Source: an uncultured Polaribacter sp. (GTDB lineage: Bacteria; Bacteroidota; Bacteroidia; Flavobacteriales; Flavobacteriaceae). From it: DNA of 64,000 bases. This document shows, piece by piece, positions 10,280 through 19,681 of the stretch (positions are counted from its first letter, which is position 1; every line of letters begins with the position of its first letter). Under the pieces are notes generated by a model, which saw nothing but the letters and a program-made list of their open reading frames with translations, had not been told where the DNA came from and did not search any database. Location of the stretch: the NCBI GenBank assembly GCA_965367085.1, contig CBDUHF010000004.1, positions 40,996 through 104,995 of the forward strand. Reading direction: 5' to 3'. Both the position numbers and the translations under genes were made by a program.

Positions 10280-13200
10280 ATGATAAAAAGAATAATTTTA
10301 TTTTCTCTTATTATAGTTGGTTGTACCAAAGATAAAATAGTAAAAGAAAGCATAGAAAAAGAACTATTTACTGAAGTAGCTTCTGAAGTTTCTGGCATTC
10401 ATTTTTCAAATGATTTAAAAGAAAAAGGAGACTTAAATATTATTGAGTACTTGTATTATTATAATGGTGGTGGGGTTGCTTTAGGCGATATAAATAATGA
10501 CGGATTAGATGATATTTATTTAACAGCAAATCAAAAACCAGATAAATTATATCTTAATGAAGGAAATTTAAAGTTTAAAGATATTTCATTGCTTGGTAAA
10601 ATAAGTCAAGATAGCACTTGGTCTACAGGTGTTACCATGGTAGATATCAATAAAGATGGTTTTCTAGATATTTATGTTTGTAAAGTTGGTAATTACAAAA
10701 CTTTAAAAGCAACAAATGAGTTGTATATTAATAACGGAGATAACACTTTTACGGAAGAAGCAAAAAAGTATGGATTAGACTTTTCAGGTTTTTCTACACA
10801 GGCTTCTTTTTTCGATTATGACCAAGATGGAGATATGGATATGTATCTATTAAATCATTCTGTACACTCTACCTACTCTTATGGAAATGCTAAGTTAAGA
10901 GAAAAATCAGATGTGTTAGCTGGTGATATTTTATTTGAAAACATTGGTAAAAATGGAACAATTAAATTTGTTGATGTTACTAAAAAAGCAGGTATTTATA
11001 ATAGTGCATTAGGATATGGATTGGCTATTGCTACTTCAGATTTTAATAATGATGGATTAATGGATATTTATGTTGGTAATGATTTTCATGAAAATGATTA
11101 TTTATACATCAATAATGGAAATAAGACCTTTACAGAATCTACTGCAGATTACTTTACGAGTACTTCTAGATTTACGATGGGTGTTGATGTTGCAGACATT
11201 AATAATGATAAAAAATTAGATTTAATTTCTTTAGATATGATGCCTTACAAATCAGAAGTATTTCTGAAATCTGGTGGAGAAGATTCTGATAAAATTAATG
11301 AAATCAAAAAATCGTTTGGCTTTCAACAGCAATATGCCAGAAACCATTTGCAAATAAATAAAGGAACTCATTTTTCTGATGTAGCTTTATATGCTGGAGT
11401 CCATGCAACAGATTGGAGCTGGTCTCCACTATTATTAGATTATAATAACGATGGATTACAAGATATTTATATTACAAACGGAATTTACAAAAGACCAAAT
11501 GATTTAGATTATGTAAATTATTTAAGTAATCTAGATTTTGCAAAATATACTTCAAATCAACAGGATACATTAGAAAAAAAATTAATTGAAACAATGCCAA
11601 CTTTAGGGTTGTCTAATATATTATTTCAAAATAATGACAATCTAGATTTTACAAAAACGATTATCAATTCTAAGAAAAAAACAAGCTATTCTAATGGTGC
11701 TGCTTATTCTGATTTAGATTTAGATGGTGATTTAGATATTGTTGTAAATAATCTAAATGAAAAAGCAACTTTGCTAGAAAACAAAACTACATCAACTAAT
11801 TATATATCTATAAATTTATTAGAAGAGGAGAATGGTCTAAACACAAATGGAGTAAAAGTATCCCTTTATGCTGGTGATAAAAGTTTTTATAAAGAACAAA
11901 CTACTGTTAGAGGTTTTCAATCTAGTTCTACAAGAAAAGTTCATTTTGGTTTAGCAGATTTGTCTAAAGTAGATTCTATAATAGTTGTTTGGAATGATGG
12001 TTCAGAAACTCTTCAAAAAGAAATTTCTATCAATAAAGTAATAACCATTAAAAAAGGAAAAACTTCTAAACATATTTTTGAAAAACCAACAAAAAACACA
12101 CACAAAGAGTTTATATATAAACATATAGAAAATGATTTCCTAGATTATGAAAGAGAAGCTTTAATGCCAGAAAAATTATCTACTGAAGGTCCTTCTGTTG
12201 TTCAGGCAGATTTTAATGCTGATGGTTTAAAAGACCTGTTTATTGGTGGCGCAAGAAATCAAAAACCTGTTTTATATTTTCAAACTAAAGATGGAAAATA
12301 TATGCTTCAAAACAATGCTGTTTTTGAAAAAGACAACATATATGAAGATGTAGATGCTATTGCTTTTGATATTGATGGCGATAATGATTTAGATATTTAC
12401 GCTTTAAGTGGAGGAAATGATTTTAAAGAGGGAGATCCGATGTTAGAAGATCGTGTGTATATAAATGATGGAAAAGGGAATTTCACAAAACTAGATGCAA
12501 GATTATTAGCTACAAATGGAGGGTCGGTTTCATCTTTTGATTATAATAAAGATGGATTTCAAGATTTATTTATTGGAAATAGATCTATTCCTGGAGCTTA
12601 TGGTTTATCACCATTTAGTTTTATTCTTAAAAATACTGGAAATAACAATTTTGAGATTGAGGTAAAGACTCGTTTTGGAATGGTTACAGATAGTAAATGG
12701 GCAGATTTAGAAAATGATGGAGAAATAGAATTAATAGTTGCTGGAGACTGGATGCCAATAACCGTTTTATCGTATACAAAAGAAGGAAAGTTTGAAAACA
12801 AAACCAAAGAAATGGGATTGGATAAAACAAATGGAATGTGGAATGTTCTTAAAATAACAGATATTAATAAAGATGGACTTTTAGATATACTAGGAGGAAA
12901 TACAGGAACCAATTTTAAATGGACAGCTTCTAAAGAAAAACCAGTAAAAATGTATTTAGATGATTTTGATGGAAACAAACAATTAGATCAACTTATATTT
13001 TATAATTATTTTGGTACAGACGTGCCTTTTGCTTCTAAAGATAAATTGGTACAACAAATACCTAAATTAAAAAAACAGTTTTTAAAGTATGCTGCTTTTT
13101 CAAAAGTAGCATCTATAGAAGATTTAAATTTAAAAGATAAAAAATCTATTTTAGAAACTAAATATATTTATGAATTACGTTCTATGCTATATATAAATAA

Positions 13201-13504
13201 TGGAACTACATTCACTCAAAAAGCATTAGCAAAAGAATCTCAGTTAAGTACTATCGAAGATTTTTATATAAATAATGATGAAATTATTTATACTGGAAAC
13301 TTTGATGGTTTTGTAACAGAACTAGGAAAAAGTATTTCAAATTCTGGAGGAATCTTATCTTTTACAGATAATAATATATACCAAAAAAGTGCCTTGCAAT
13401 TACCTACAAAATTTCACGGAAGAAAAATTGTAAAACTAAATGATGAAGAATATTTAATTCTATCTAATAACGGAAACTCATATATTTTAAATACTAAAAA
13501 ATAG
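10280..13504 (+). CDS. VCBS/FG-GAP repeat + ASPIC/UnbV domain lipoprotein, paralog 3 (more divergent)
   Basis: 1074 aa with lipobox SLIIVGC. It starts 1 nt after the stop of paralog 2. It has 7 N-terminal Ca-loop repeats, a UnbV-like centre (GVKVSLYA...VRGFQSS...VVWNDG) and 6 clear plus 1 degenerate C-terminal repeats. Confidence 0.85.
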   Translation: MIKRIILFSLIIVGCTKDKIVKESIEKELFTEVASEVSGIHFSNDLKEKGDLNIIEYLYYYNGGGVALGDINNDGLDDIYLTANQKPDKLYLNEGNLKFKDISLLGKISQDSTWSTGVTMVDINKDGFLDIYVCKVGNYKTLKATNELYINNGDNTFTEEAKKYGLDFSGFSTQASFFDYDQDGDMDMYLLNHSVHSTYSYGNAKLREKSDVLAGDILFENIGKNGTIKFVDVTKKAGIYNSALGYGLAIATSDFNNDGLMDIYVGNDFHENDYLYINNGNKTFTESTADYFTSTSRFTMGVDVADINNDKKLDLISLDMMPYKSEVFLKSGGEDSDKINEIKKSFGFQQQYARNHLQINKGTHFSDVALYAGVHATDWSWSPLLLDYNNDGLQDIYITNGIYKRPNDLDYVNYLSNLDFAKYTSNQQDTLEKKLIETMPTLGLSNILFQNNDNLDFTKTIINSKKKTSYSNGAAYSDLDLDGDLDIVVNNLNEKATLLENKTTSTNYISINLLEEENGLNTNGVKVSLYAGDKSFYKEQTTVRGFQSSSTRKVHFGLADLSKVDSIIVVWNDGSETLQKEISINKVITIKKGKTSKHIFEKPTKNTHKEFIYKHIENDFLDYEREALMPEKLSTEGPSVVQADFNADGLKDLFIGGARNQKPVLYFQTKDGKYMLQNNAVFEKDNIYEDVDAIAFDIDGDNDLDIYALSGGNDFKEGDPMLEDRVYINDGKGNFTKLDARLLATNGGSVSSFDYNKDGFQDLFIGNRSIPGAYGLSPFSFILKNTGNNNFEIEVKTRFGMVTDSKWADLENDGEIELIVAGDWMPITVLSYTKEGKFENKTKEMGLDKTNGMWNVLKITDINKDGLLDILGGNTGTNFKWTASKEKPVKMYLDDFDGNKQLDQLIFYNYFGTDVPFASKDKLVQQIPKLKKQFLKYAAFSKVASIEDLNLKDKKSILETKYIYELRSMLYINNGTTFTQKALAKESQLSTIEDFYINNDEIIYTGNFDGFVTELGKSISNSGGILSFTDNNIYQKSALQLPTKFHGRKIVKLNDEEYLILSNNGNSYILNTKK

Positions 13505-13515
13505 ACCAAACTCAT

Positions 13516-14847
13516 ATGAATAATTTATTAAAATCTTTGCTTTTTATATTCATAATAGGAACTTTGATTCGTTGTCAAAAACCATCAGAACCTATAGAAA
13601 TTAATATAAATACTTATCATGCAGCTGTAGATAAGGTTACAGAAATTATGATTCATGATATTTTTTCGCCACCAGTAGCAAGTAGAATTTTTGCATATCC
13701 TAATATTGCTGCGTATGAAATTTTAGCACAAAATGATTCTATTTACAAATCTATAGAAAATACATTAAATGGATTAACATCTATTCCTAAAGTAGCTGAA
13801 ATTGATAAAGTAAATTTAAAAGTGTCGGCATTAATAGCACATATGGAATTAAGCAAAATGTTGGTTTTTTCTGAAGATAAACTAAACGTTTTAAAAGATA
13901 GTTTATATCAAAAATGGAATGACACAAATGAACAAGAGTTTATGAATTCTAAAGAATATGCTTTAAAAGTTGTAAAACATATTAAAAAATGGATGGATGC
14001 AGATAATTACAATCAGACCAGAACAATGCCAAAATTTACGGTAGACACAGATGATCCTTCTAGGTGGCAACCTACTCCACCAGCCTATATGGATGGAATA
14101 GAACCTCATTGGAATAAAATTAGACCTTTTATTTTAGAAACTGCCTCACAATTTAAACCTATACCTCCACCAAAGTTTTCAATGGATAAAGACTCTGATT
14201 TTTATAAAGAGCTAATAGAAGTCTATAATATCAGTCAGAAAATAACAAAAGAAGGAGATAAATCTGAAGAGATTGCAATTGCCCAATTTTGGGATTGTAA
14301 TCCGTTTGTTTCTGTAACCAGAGGGCATTTTATGTTTGCTACAAAAAAGATTTCTCCAGGTGCACATTGGATTGGAATTGTAAAAATTGCAACGAAGAAA
14401 ACCAATTCAAATTTTATGGAAACTGTAAATGCATATACCAAAACATCTTTGGCAATCGCAGATGGTTTTATTAGTTGTTGGGATGAAAAATACAGAAGTA
14501 ATTTAGTTCGTCCAGAAACACTAATAAATCTAAATATAGATCCAGATTGGCTTCCAATTTTACAAACACCTCCTTTTCCAGAATATACAAGTGGTCATTC
14601 TGTAGTTTCTGGAGCAGCTTCAACAATGTTAACAGCTATTTTTGGTGATAATTTTGCTTTTGATGATGATACTGAAGTTCAATTTGGTTTGCCTATAAGA
14701 ACGTTTAAATCTTTTAATGCAGCAGCAGATGAAGCAGCAATTAGTAGAATGTATGGAGGTATTCATTATAGAGCTGCTGTTGAAGTTGGTGTAAAGCAAG
14801 GTAGAGACCTAGGAAAGTTTGTTGTTAGTAAATTAAGCACTAAATAG
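13516..14847 (+). CDS. Vanadium-dependent haloperoxidase-like / PAP2-superfamily lipoprotein
   Basis: 443 aa with signal ending TLIRC. The PAP2/VHPO active-site motifs are present in order: K325-x6-R-P (KYRSNLVRP), S-G-H (PEYTSGHS) and S-R-x5-H (SRMYGGIH). The terminal HxxxD of acid phosphatases reads HYRAA. Confidence 0.7.
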   Translation: MNNLLKSLLFIFIIGTLIRCQKPSEPIEININTYHAAVDKVTEIMIHDIFSPPVASRIFAYPNIAAYEILAQNDSIYKSIENTLNGLTSIPKVAEIDKVNLKVSALIAHMELSKMLVFSEDKLNVLKDSLYQKWNDTNEQEFMNSKEYALKVVKHIKKWMDADNYNQTRTMPKFTVDTDDPSRWQPTPPAYMDGIEPHWNKIRPFILETASQFKPIPPPKFSMDKDSDFYKELIEVYNISQKITKEGDKSEEIAIAQFWDCNPFVSVTRGHFMFATKKISPGAHWIGIVKIATKKTNSNFMETVNAYTKTSLAIADGFISCWDEKYRSNLVRPETLINLNIDPDWLPILQTPPFPEYTSGHSVVSGAASTMLTAIFGDNFAFDDDTEVQFGLPIRTFKSFNAAADEAAISRMYGGIHYRAAVEVGVKQGRDLGKFVVSKLSTK

Positions 14848-14869
14848 TTGGCTTAATTTTTCAACAAAC

Positions 14870-14882
14870 CGAAACGTTTTCG
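14870..14882. promoter_or_regulatory. Candidate LacI-type operator (CG-centred palindrome), site A
   Basis: CGAAACGTTTTCG contains the palindrome AAACGTTT and lies about 70 nt upstream of the GH97 start. It shares AAACGTTTTC with site B at 22737..22748. Confidence 0.4.
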
Positions 14883-14953
14883 ATTTAAAAATGGAAAAAT
14901 TATATTAAAACCTTACCAAACAATTATTTGTGAAATAAATTAAGAACTGTATT

Positions 14954-17086
14954 ATGAAAAAAATTAATTCCTATTTATTATTATTAACATTTGCTGCATT
15001 AATTATTTCTGCATGTAGCACTTCAGAAAAAAGTACTTCTGTTACTTCACCAGATAAAAACATTACTATTGAATTTGCTTTATCAAAAACTGGAGAGCCA
15101 ATGTATTTGGTAGCACATAAAAACATGCCAGTTATTGACACCTCCTTTATCAGTTTTGATTTTAAAGATTTAGCTTCTTTAAAAGAGAATTTTAAAATTA
15201 TAAAAACAACAACAGGAACTATAGATGAAACATGGAAAATGCCTTGGGGTGAGCAAATAGATGTTAGAAATAACTATAATGAATTAGTAGTTTTTTTAGA
15301 AGAACAAACTGAAGATAAAAGACAATTAAATATTCACTTTAAAGTTTATAATGACGGATTAGGATTTAGATATGAATTTCCTGAGCAAGCTAACTTAAAA
15401 GAGGTTTTAATTACAGATGAAAACACAGAATTCAATTTAACTGGAGATCATAAGGTCTGGTGGATTCCTGGAGATTGGGATATTTATGAGCATTTATATA
15501 ACAAAACAACATTTTCTGAAATTGATGCGCTTTCAAAACAAAATCATGAAAACTTATCTGCAACCTATATTCCACAAAATGCAGTAAATACGCCAGTAAC
15601 AATGAAAACTGATGATGGTTTATATCTAAGTTTTCATGAAGCAGATTTAACTAATTATTCAGGTATGACTTTAAAGGTTGATACTGATAACTTGAGTATG
15701 ACAAGTGAACTAGTTGGATCAGAACGATTAGGTGGAAAAGCAAAAGTAACGTTACCTTTTAATACTCCTTGGCGAACAATTCAAATTGCAGAAAAAGCTG
15801 GCGATTTAATTGAATCTAAAATGACATTAAATCTTAATGAGCCTAATGAAATAGGAGATGTTGATTATTTTACACCAATGAAATATGTTGGAATTTGGTG
15901 GGAAATGCATATTGGGAAATCTACTTGGGATTTAGAAGGAAGTCAAGATATGAATACTTTTACGACTGGTAAAGCAGGAACCTCTAGACACGGAGCTAAC
16001 ACAAAAAATGCTAAAAAATATATAGATTTTGCTTCTCAAAATGGCATAAAAGGACTTTTAGTTGAAGGGTGGAATACTGGATGGGATAAATGGATAAGCA
16101 ACGATCGAGAAGGTGTTTTTGACTTTATGACACCATATTCAGATTATAATTTTGAGGAAGTAATGGCATATGCCAAAGAAAAAGGTGTAGAAGTAATTAT
16201 GCATCACGAAACTTCTGCAGCACCGCTTACGTATGAAAAACAAATGAATGTTGCTTACGATTTTATGAAAGCAAATGATATCAATTCAGTTAAAACTGGT
16301 TATGTAGGTAAAATAATTCCAAAGGGAGAATATCATCATGGTCAATGGATGGTAAATCATTATCATAAAGTATTGGTAGAGGCTGCTAAAAAGAAAATTG
16401 CAGTTAATGCACACGAACCAATTAAAGCAACTGGTAAACGTAGAACTTACCCTAATGCTATTGCAAGAGAAGGATTAAGAGGGCAAGAGTTTAATGCTTG
16501 GGCAACAGATGGTGGTAACCCTCCAAATCATATACCAACCGTTGCATTTACAAGAATGTTATCAGGTCCAATAGATTTTACACCAGGAGTTTTTAACATA
16601 AAGTTTAATGAATTCAAAAAAGAAAATCAAGTAAACACTACCCTAGCACATCAATTGGCTTTGTATGTGGTCATTTATAGTCCAATTCAAATGGCTTGCG
16701 ATTTACCAGAACATTATATGGATGAAGGTAAAGTTCATCCTGCACTTCAATTTATTACAGATGTTGGAGTAGATTGGCAACAAACTAAGGTATTAAGCGG
16801 TGAAATTGGCGAATATGTTACGATTGCTCGACAAGAAAGAAAAACTGAAAATTGGTTTATTGGAGGAATTACTGATGAAAATGAAAGAACAGAATCTTTA
16901 ATTTTTGATTTTTTAGAAGAAGGAAAAAAATATAAAGCAATTGTATATAAAGACTCTAAAGATTCACACTGGAATACGAATCCAGAGGCTTATAAAATTG
17001 AAGAAATAGAAATAACGAAAACATCTACTTTAGATATAAAATTAGCTTCAGGTGGTGGTTTTGCAATGAGCCTTATAAAAGAGTAA
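14954..17086 (+). CDS. Glycoside hydrolase family 97 lipoprotein (SusB-like alpha-glucosidase/alpha-galactosidase family)
   Basis: 710 aa with lipobox ALIISAC. The N-terminal SPDKNITIEFALSKTGEPMYLV pattern and the length are typical of GH97. Confidence 0.8.
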   Translation: MKKINSYLLLLTFAALIISACSTSEKSTSVTSPDKNITIEFALSKTGEPMYLVAHKNMPVIDTSFISFDFKDLASLKENFKIIKTTTGTIDETWKMPWGEQIDVRNNYNELVVFLEEQTEDKRQLNIHFKVYNDGLGFRYEFPEQANLKEVLITDENTEFNLTGDHKVWWIPGDWDIYEHLYNKTTFSEIDALSKQNHENLSATYIPQNAVNTPVTMKTDDGLYLSFHEADLTNYSGMTLKVDTDNLSMTSELVGSERLGGKAKVTLPFNTPWRTIQIAEKAGDLIESKMTLNLNEPNEIGDVDYFTPMKYVGIWWEMHIGKSTWDLEGSQDMNTFTTGKAGTSRHGANTKNAKKYIDFASQNGIKGLLVEGWNTGWDKWISNDREGVFDFMTPYSDYNFEEVMAYAKEKGVEVIMHHETSAAPLTYEKQMNVAYDFMKANDINSVKTGYVGKIIPKGEYHHGQWMVNHYHKVLVEAAKKKIAVNAHEPIKATGKRRTYPNAIAREGLRGQEFNAWATDGGNPPNHIPTVAFTRMLSGPIDFTPGVFNIKFNEFKKENQVNTTLAHQLALYVVIYSPIQMACDLPEHYMDEGKVHPALQFITDVGVDWQQTKVLSGEIGEYVTIARQERKTENWFIGGITDENERTESLIFDFLEEGKKYKAIVYKDSKDSHWNTNPEAYKIEEIEITKTSTLDIKLASGGGFAMSLIKE

Positions 17087-17125
17087 AAAGTACATACTTA
17101 ATAATTAAAACTAACTAAATAATAT

Positions 17126-18439
17126 ATGAAACTATCTAAACCAAGTTTATCTTTTTGGCAAATTTTTAATATGAATGTTGGGTTTTTAGGAATTCAATAT
17201 AGTTTTGGTTTACAGCAAACCGCAATAAATCCAATCTTTTTATATTTAGGAGCACCAGAAGATATGTTGCCTATTTTAAATATTGCTGGCCCAGTTACAG
17301 GATTAATTATTCAGCCCATTATTGGAGCCATGTCAGATAAAACATGGTCTAATCGCTGGGGTAGACGAAAGCCTTATTTTTTAATTGGAGCCTTAATGGG
17401 TAGTTTATGTTTATTTGTATTTCCTCATAGTCCTATTCTTTGGTTTGCAGTTGGTTTGTTGTGGATTTTAGATGTAGGTAACAATATGGCTATGGAACCT
17501 TATAGAGCATTTGTTGGAGATAAATTACCAGAAAAACAATTAAGTATGGGGTATCAAATGCAAAGTTTATTTGTAGGTGCAGGTATTTTATTAGCAAACG
17601 GATCTATTGTTTTATTTCAATATTGGTTTGGAGGTGAATCTGTTGAAGCAGCAGGCTCAATTCCACAATGGTTATATTATTCATTTTACATAGGTGCTTT
17701 CTTGTCTTTAACTACTATTTTGTGGTCGGTTTTTAAAACTCCAGAAATTCCACCAAGTGATAAGGAACTAGAAGAAATTAATGCTATAAAAGCTTTACCA
17801 CTTAGCCAACGTATATCACAACCATTTTCAGAAATTGCAGAAGCTATAAAAAAGATGCCAAAATTTATGTGGAAAATTGGAGCTGTTTATTTATTTCAAT
17901 GGTATGCACTTTTTATTTACTGGCAGTTTACAACGCCTTTATTTAAATTAACGCTTGGGTTCTCTACATCTGAAGCTGCTTCACAAGCTGCTAAAATGAG
18001 TTTAACTTACAACATTGTTACTATGGTAGTTGCTTTGGCTTTAGTGCCTTTAACACTTCGTTTTGGAGGTAAAAAAATATATGCTTTAAGTTTAATAGGT
18101 ACTGCAATTGCTTTATTTTCAATACCATATATTTCAGACCCAATGTTGGTACTTGCACCAATGGTGTTATTTGGTATTGGTTGGGCAGCAATGATGGGAA
18201 TTCCTTATACAATGGTTTCAAAAATTGTGCCTCAAGATAGAAGAGGTGTTTATATGGGTATTTTAAATATGATGATAGTAATACCTATGTTTATTCAGAC
18301 TTTAACTTTTGGTCCAATCTATAAATATTTACTTGGAGGAAATGCAATAAATGCAATGCTTTTTGCCGGCGTATTTTTTGCTATTGCAGCTTTCTTAGCA
18401 TTCCGATTAAATGAAGGAAAATCAACAATTGAAGACTAA
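17126..18439 (+). CDS. MFS sugar:cation symporter, SLC45/GPH-like (sucrose/maltose-transporter-like)
   Basis: 437 aa, polytopic. It has the RWGRRKPY motif after the second helix, as in sucrose/maltose-type symporters. Confidence 0.7.
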   Translation: MKLSKPSLSFWQIFNMNVGFLGIQYSFGLQQTAINPIFLYLGAPEDMLPILNIAGPVTGLIIQPIIGAMSDKTWSNRWGRRKPYFLIGALMGSLCLFVFPHSPILWFAVGLLWILDVGNNMAMEPYRAFVGDKLPEKQLSMGYQMQSLFVGAGILLANGSIVLFQYWFGGESVEAAGSIPQWLYYSFYIGAFLSLTTILWSVFKTPEIPPSDKELEEINAIKALPLSQRISQPFSEIAEAIKKMPKFMWKIGAVYLFQWYALFIYWQFTTPLFKLTLGFSTSEAASQAAKMSLTYNIVTMVVALALVPLTLRFGGKKIYALSLIGTAIALFSIPYISDPMLVLAPMVLFGIGWAAMMGIPYTMVSKIVPQDRRGVYMGILNMMIVIPMFIQTLTFGPIYKYLLGGNAINAMLFAGVFFAIAAFLAFRLNEGKSTIED

Positions 18440-18448
18440 AAATTAGAT

Positions 18449-19681
18449 ATGAAAAACCTAGCCATTAAAATATCTATTTACCTTAACTATTTTGTTTTTG
18501 CTATTTTATTAAATAGTGTTGGTATTGTAATAGAAAAATCTATTGATGTTTATAAAGTAAGTGAATCTCAAGCTTCAGTTTTAGAAGCTTTTAAAGACTT
18601 ACCAATTGCATTAGTTTCTTTTTTAATTGCATCTTTCCTACCACGTTTTGGTTATAAAAAAGCGATGTTAACAGCTTTAGCAATTGTGTTTTTTGGCTGC
18701 TTATATATGATCTTTGGAAATACTTTTTATCATACCAAAGTTTTGTTTTTATCAATAGGTGTTAGTTTTGCTTTAATAAAATTATCTGTTTATTCTCTTA
18801 TAGGAATTCTAACAGATTCTAAAAAAGAACATGCTTCAATGATGAGTTCTATTGAAGGGTTTTTTATGGTAGGTATTGCTTTGGCTTATTTTTTATTCCC
18901 AGTTTTTTATTCTGAAGATGAAAATTCTTGGCTAAATGTATATTTCCTTTTATGTGGACTTATTTTAATCTCATTTTTATTTCTTCTATTTTCTAAAATA
19001 GAATATGAAGTAGAGGTTATAGGCTCTAGCTTAAAAGAAGACTTAAGGGAATCTGTTAAATTAATTATCATTCCATTAGTTTTAATTTTTATCATTTCTG
19101 CTTTTTTGTTTGTTATGATAGAACAAGGAATTATGACTTGGTTGCCAACTTTTAATAAGAAAATATTTAATTTTAGCTCTGTGCTAAGCGTTCAAATGGC
19201 CAGTATACTAGCGCTCTCTCTAGCACTTGGTAGGTTTATTGCTGGTTTTTTAACCAAACATATTAACTGGGTAGTTTTAGTAATAGTCTGTGTTGTAATT
19301 TCTGGAGGAATTCTTTTATATATTTTACCTCAATTACAAGGAGATATTGAATCTATTGGAGAAATAACAAGCTTATCAGATGTTCCAATGCTTGGTTTTA
19401 TTTTACCATTAATTGGGCTGTTTATTGCTCCTATTTATCCATTATTAAATTCAACTGTATTAAGTTCTTTGCCAAAAAGTTTACACTCACCAATGTCTGG
19501 TTTAATTATTATATTTTCTGCTTTAGGAGGAACAATTGGTTCTAGAATTGTTGGTGAATTATTTGAAAGTATTGGTGGTGCAAGTGCTTTTTACTTCCTG
19601 TTAATTCCAATGACTTTGCTAATAATTTTTGTTTTATTAATTGATAGAATGTCTAAAAAACAAGTTGTTTCAAAATCATGA
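18449..19681 (+). CDS. MFS transporter (sugar-type, second)
   Basis: 410 aa with about 12 hydrophobic segments. It is embedded in the sugar locus, and its stop overlaps the trehalase start by 4 nt. Confidence 0.6.
   Translation: MKNLAIKISIYLNYFVFAILLNSVGIVIEKSIDVYKVSESQASVLEAFKDLPIALVSFLIASFLPRFGYKKAMLTALAIVFFGCLYMIFGNTFYHTKVLFLSIGVSFALIKLSVYSLIGILTDSKKEHASMMSSIEGFFMVGIALAYFLFPVFYSEDENSWLNVYFLLCGLILISFLFLLFSKIEYEVEVIGSSLKEDLRESVKLIIIPLVLIFIISAFLFVMIEQGIMTWLPTFNKKIFNFSSVLSVQMASILALSLALGRFIAGFLTKHINWVVLVIVCVVISGGILLYILPQLQGDIESIGEITSLSDVPMLGFILPLIGLFIAPIYPLLNSTVLSSLPKSLHSPMSGLIIIFSALGGTIGSRIVGELFESIGGASAFYFLLIPMTLLIIFVLLIDRMSKKQVVSKS

Noticed and set aside
3182-13504. Periodic recurrence of DNA words such as GATATTAATAATGATGG and GATGGTGATTTAGAT could be read as a repeat array or CRISPR-like structure.
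   Set aside because: The words encode the D-x-N-x-D-G Ca-loop of each propeller blade. Spacing is irregular at the DNA level, they are in frame within long ORFs, and there are no conserved repeat/spacer units.
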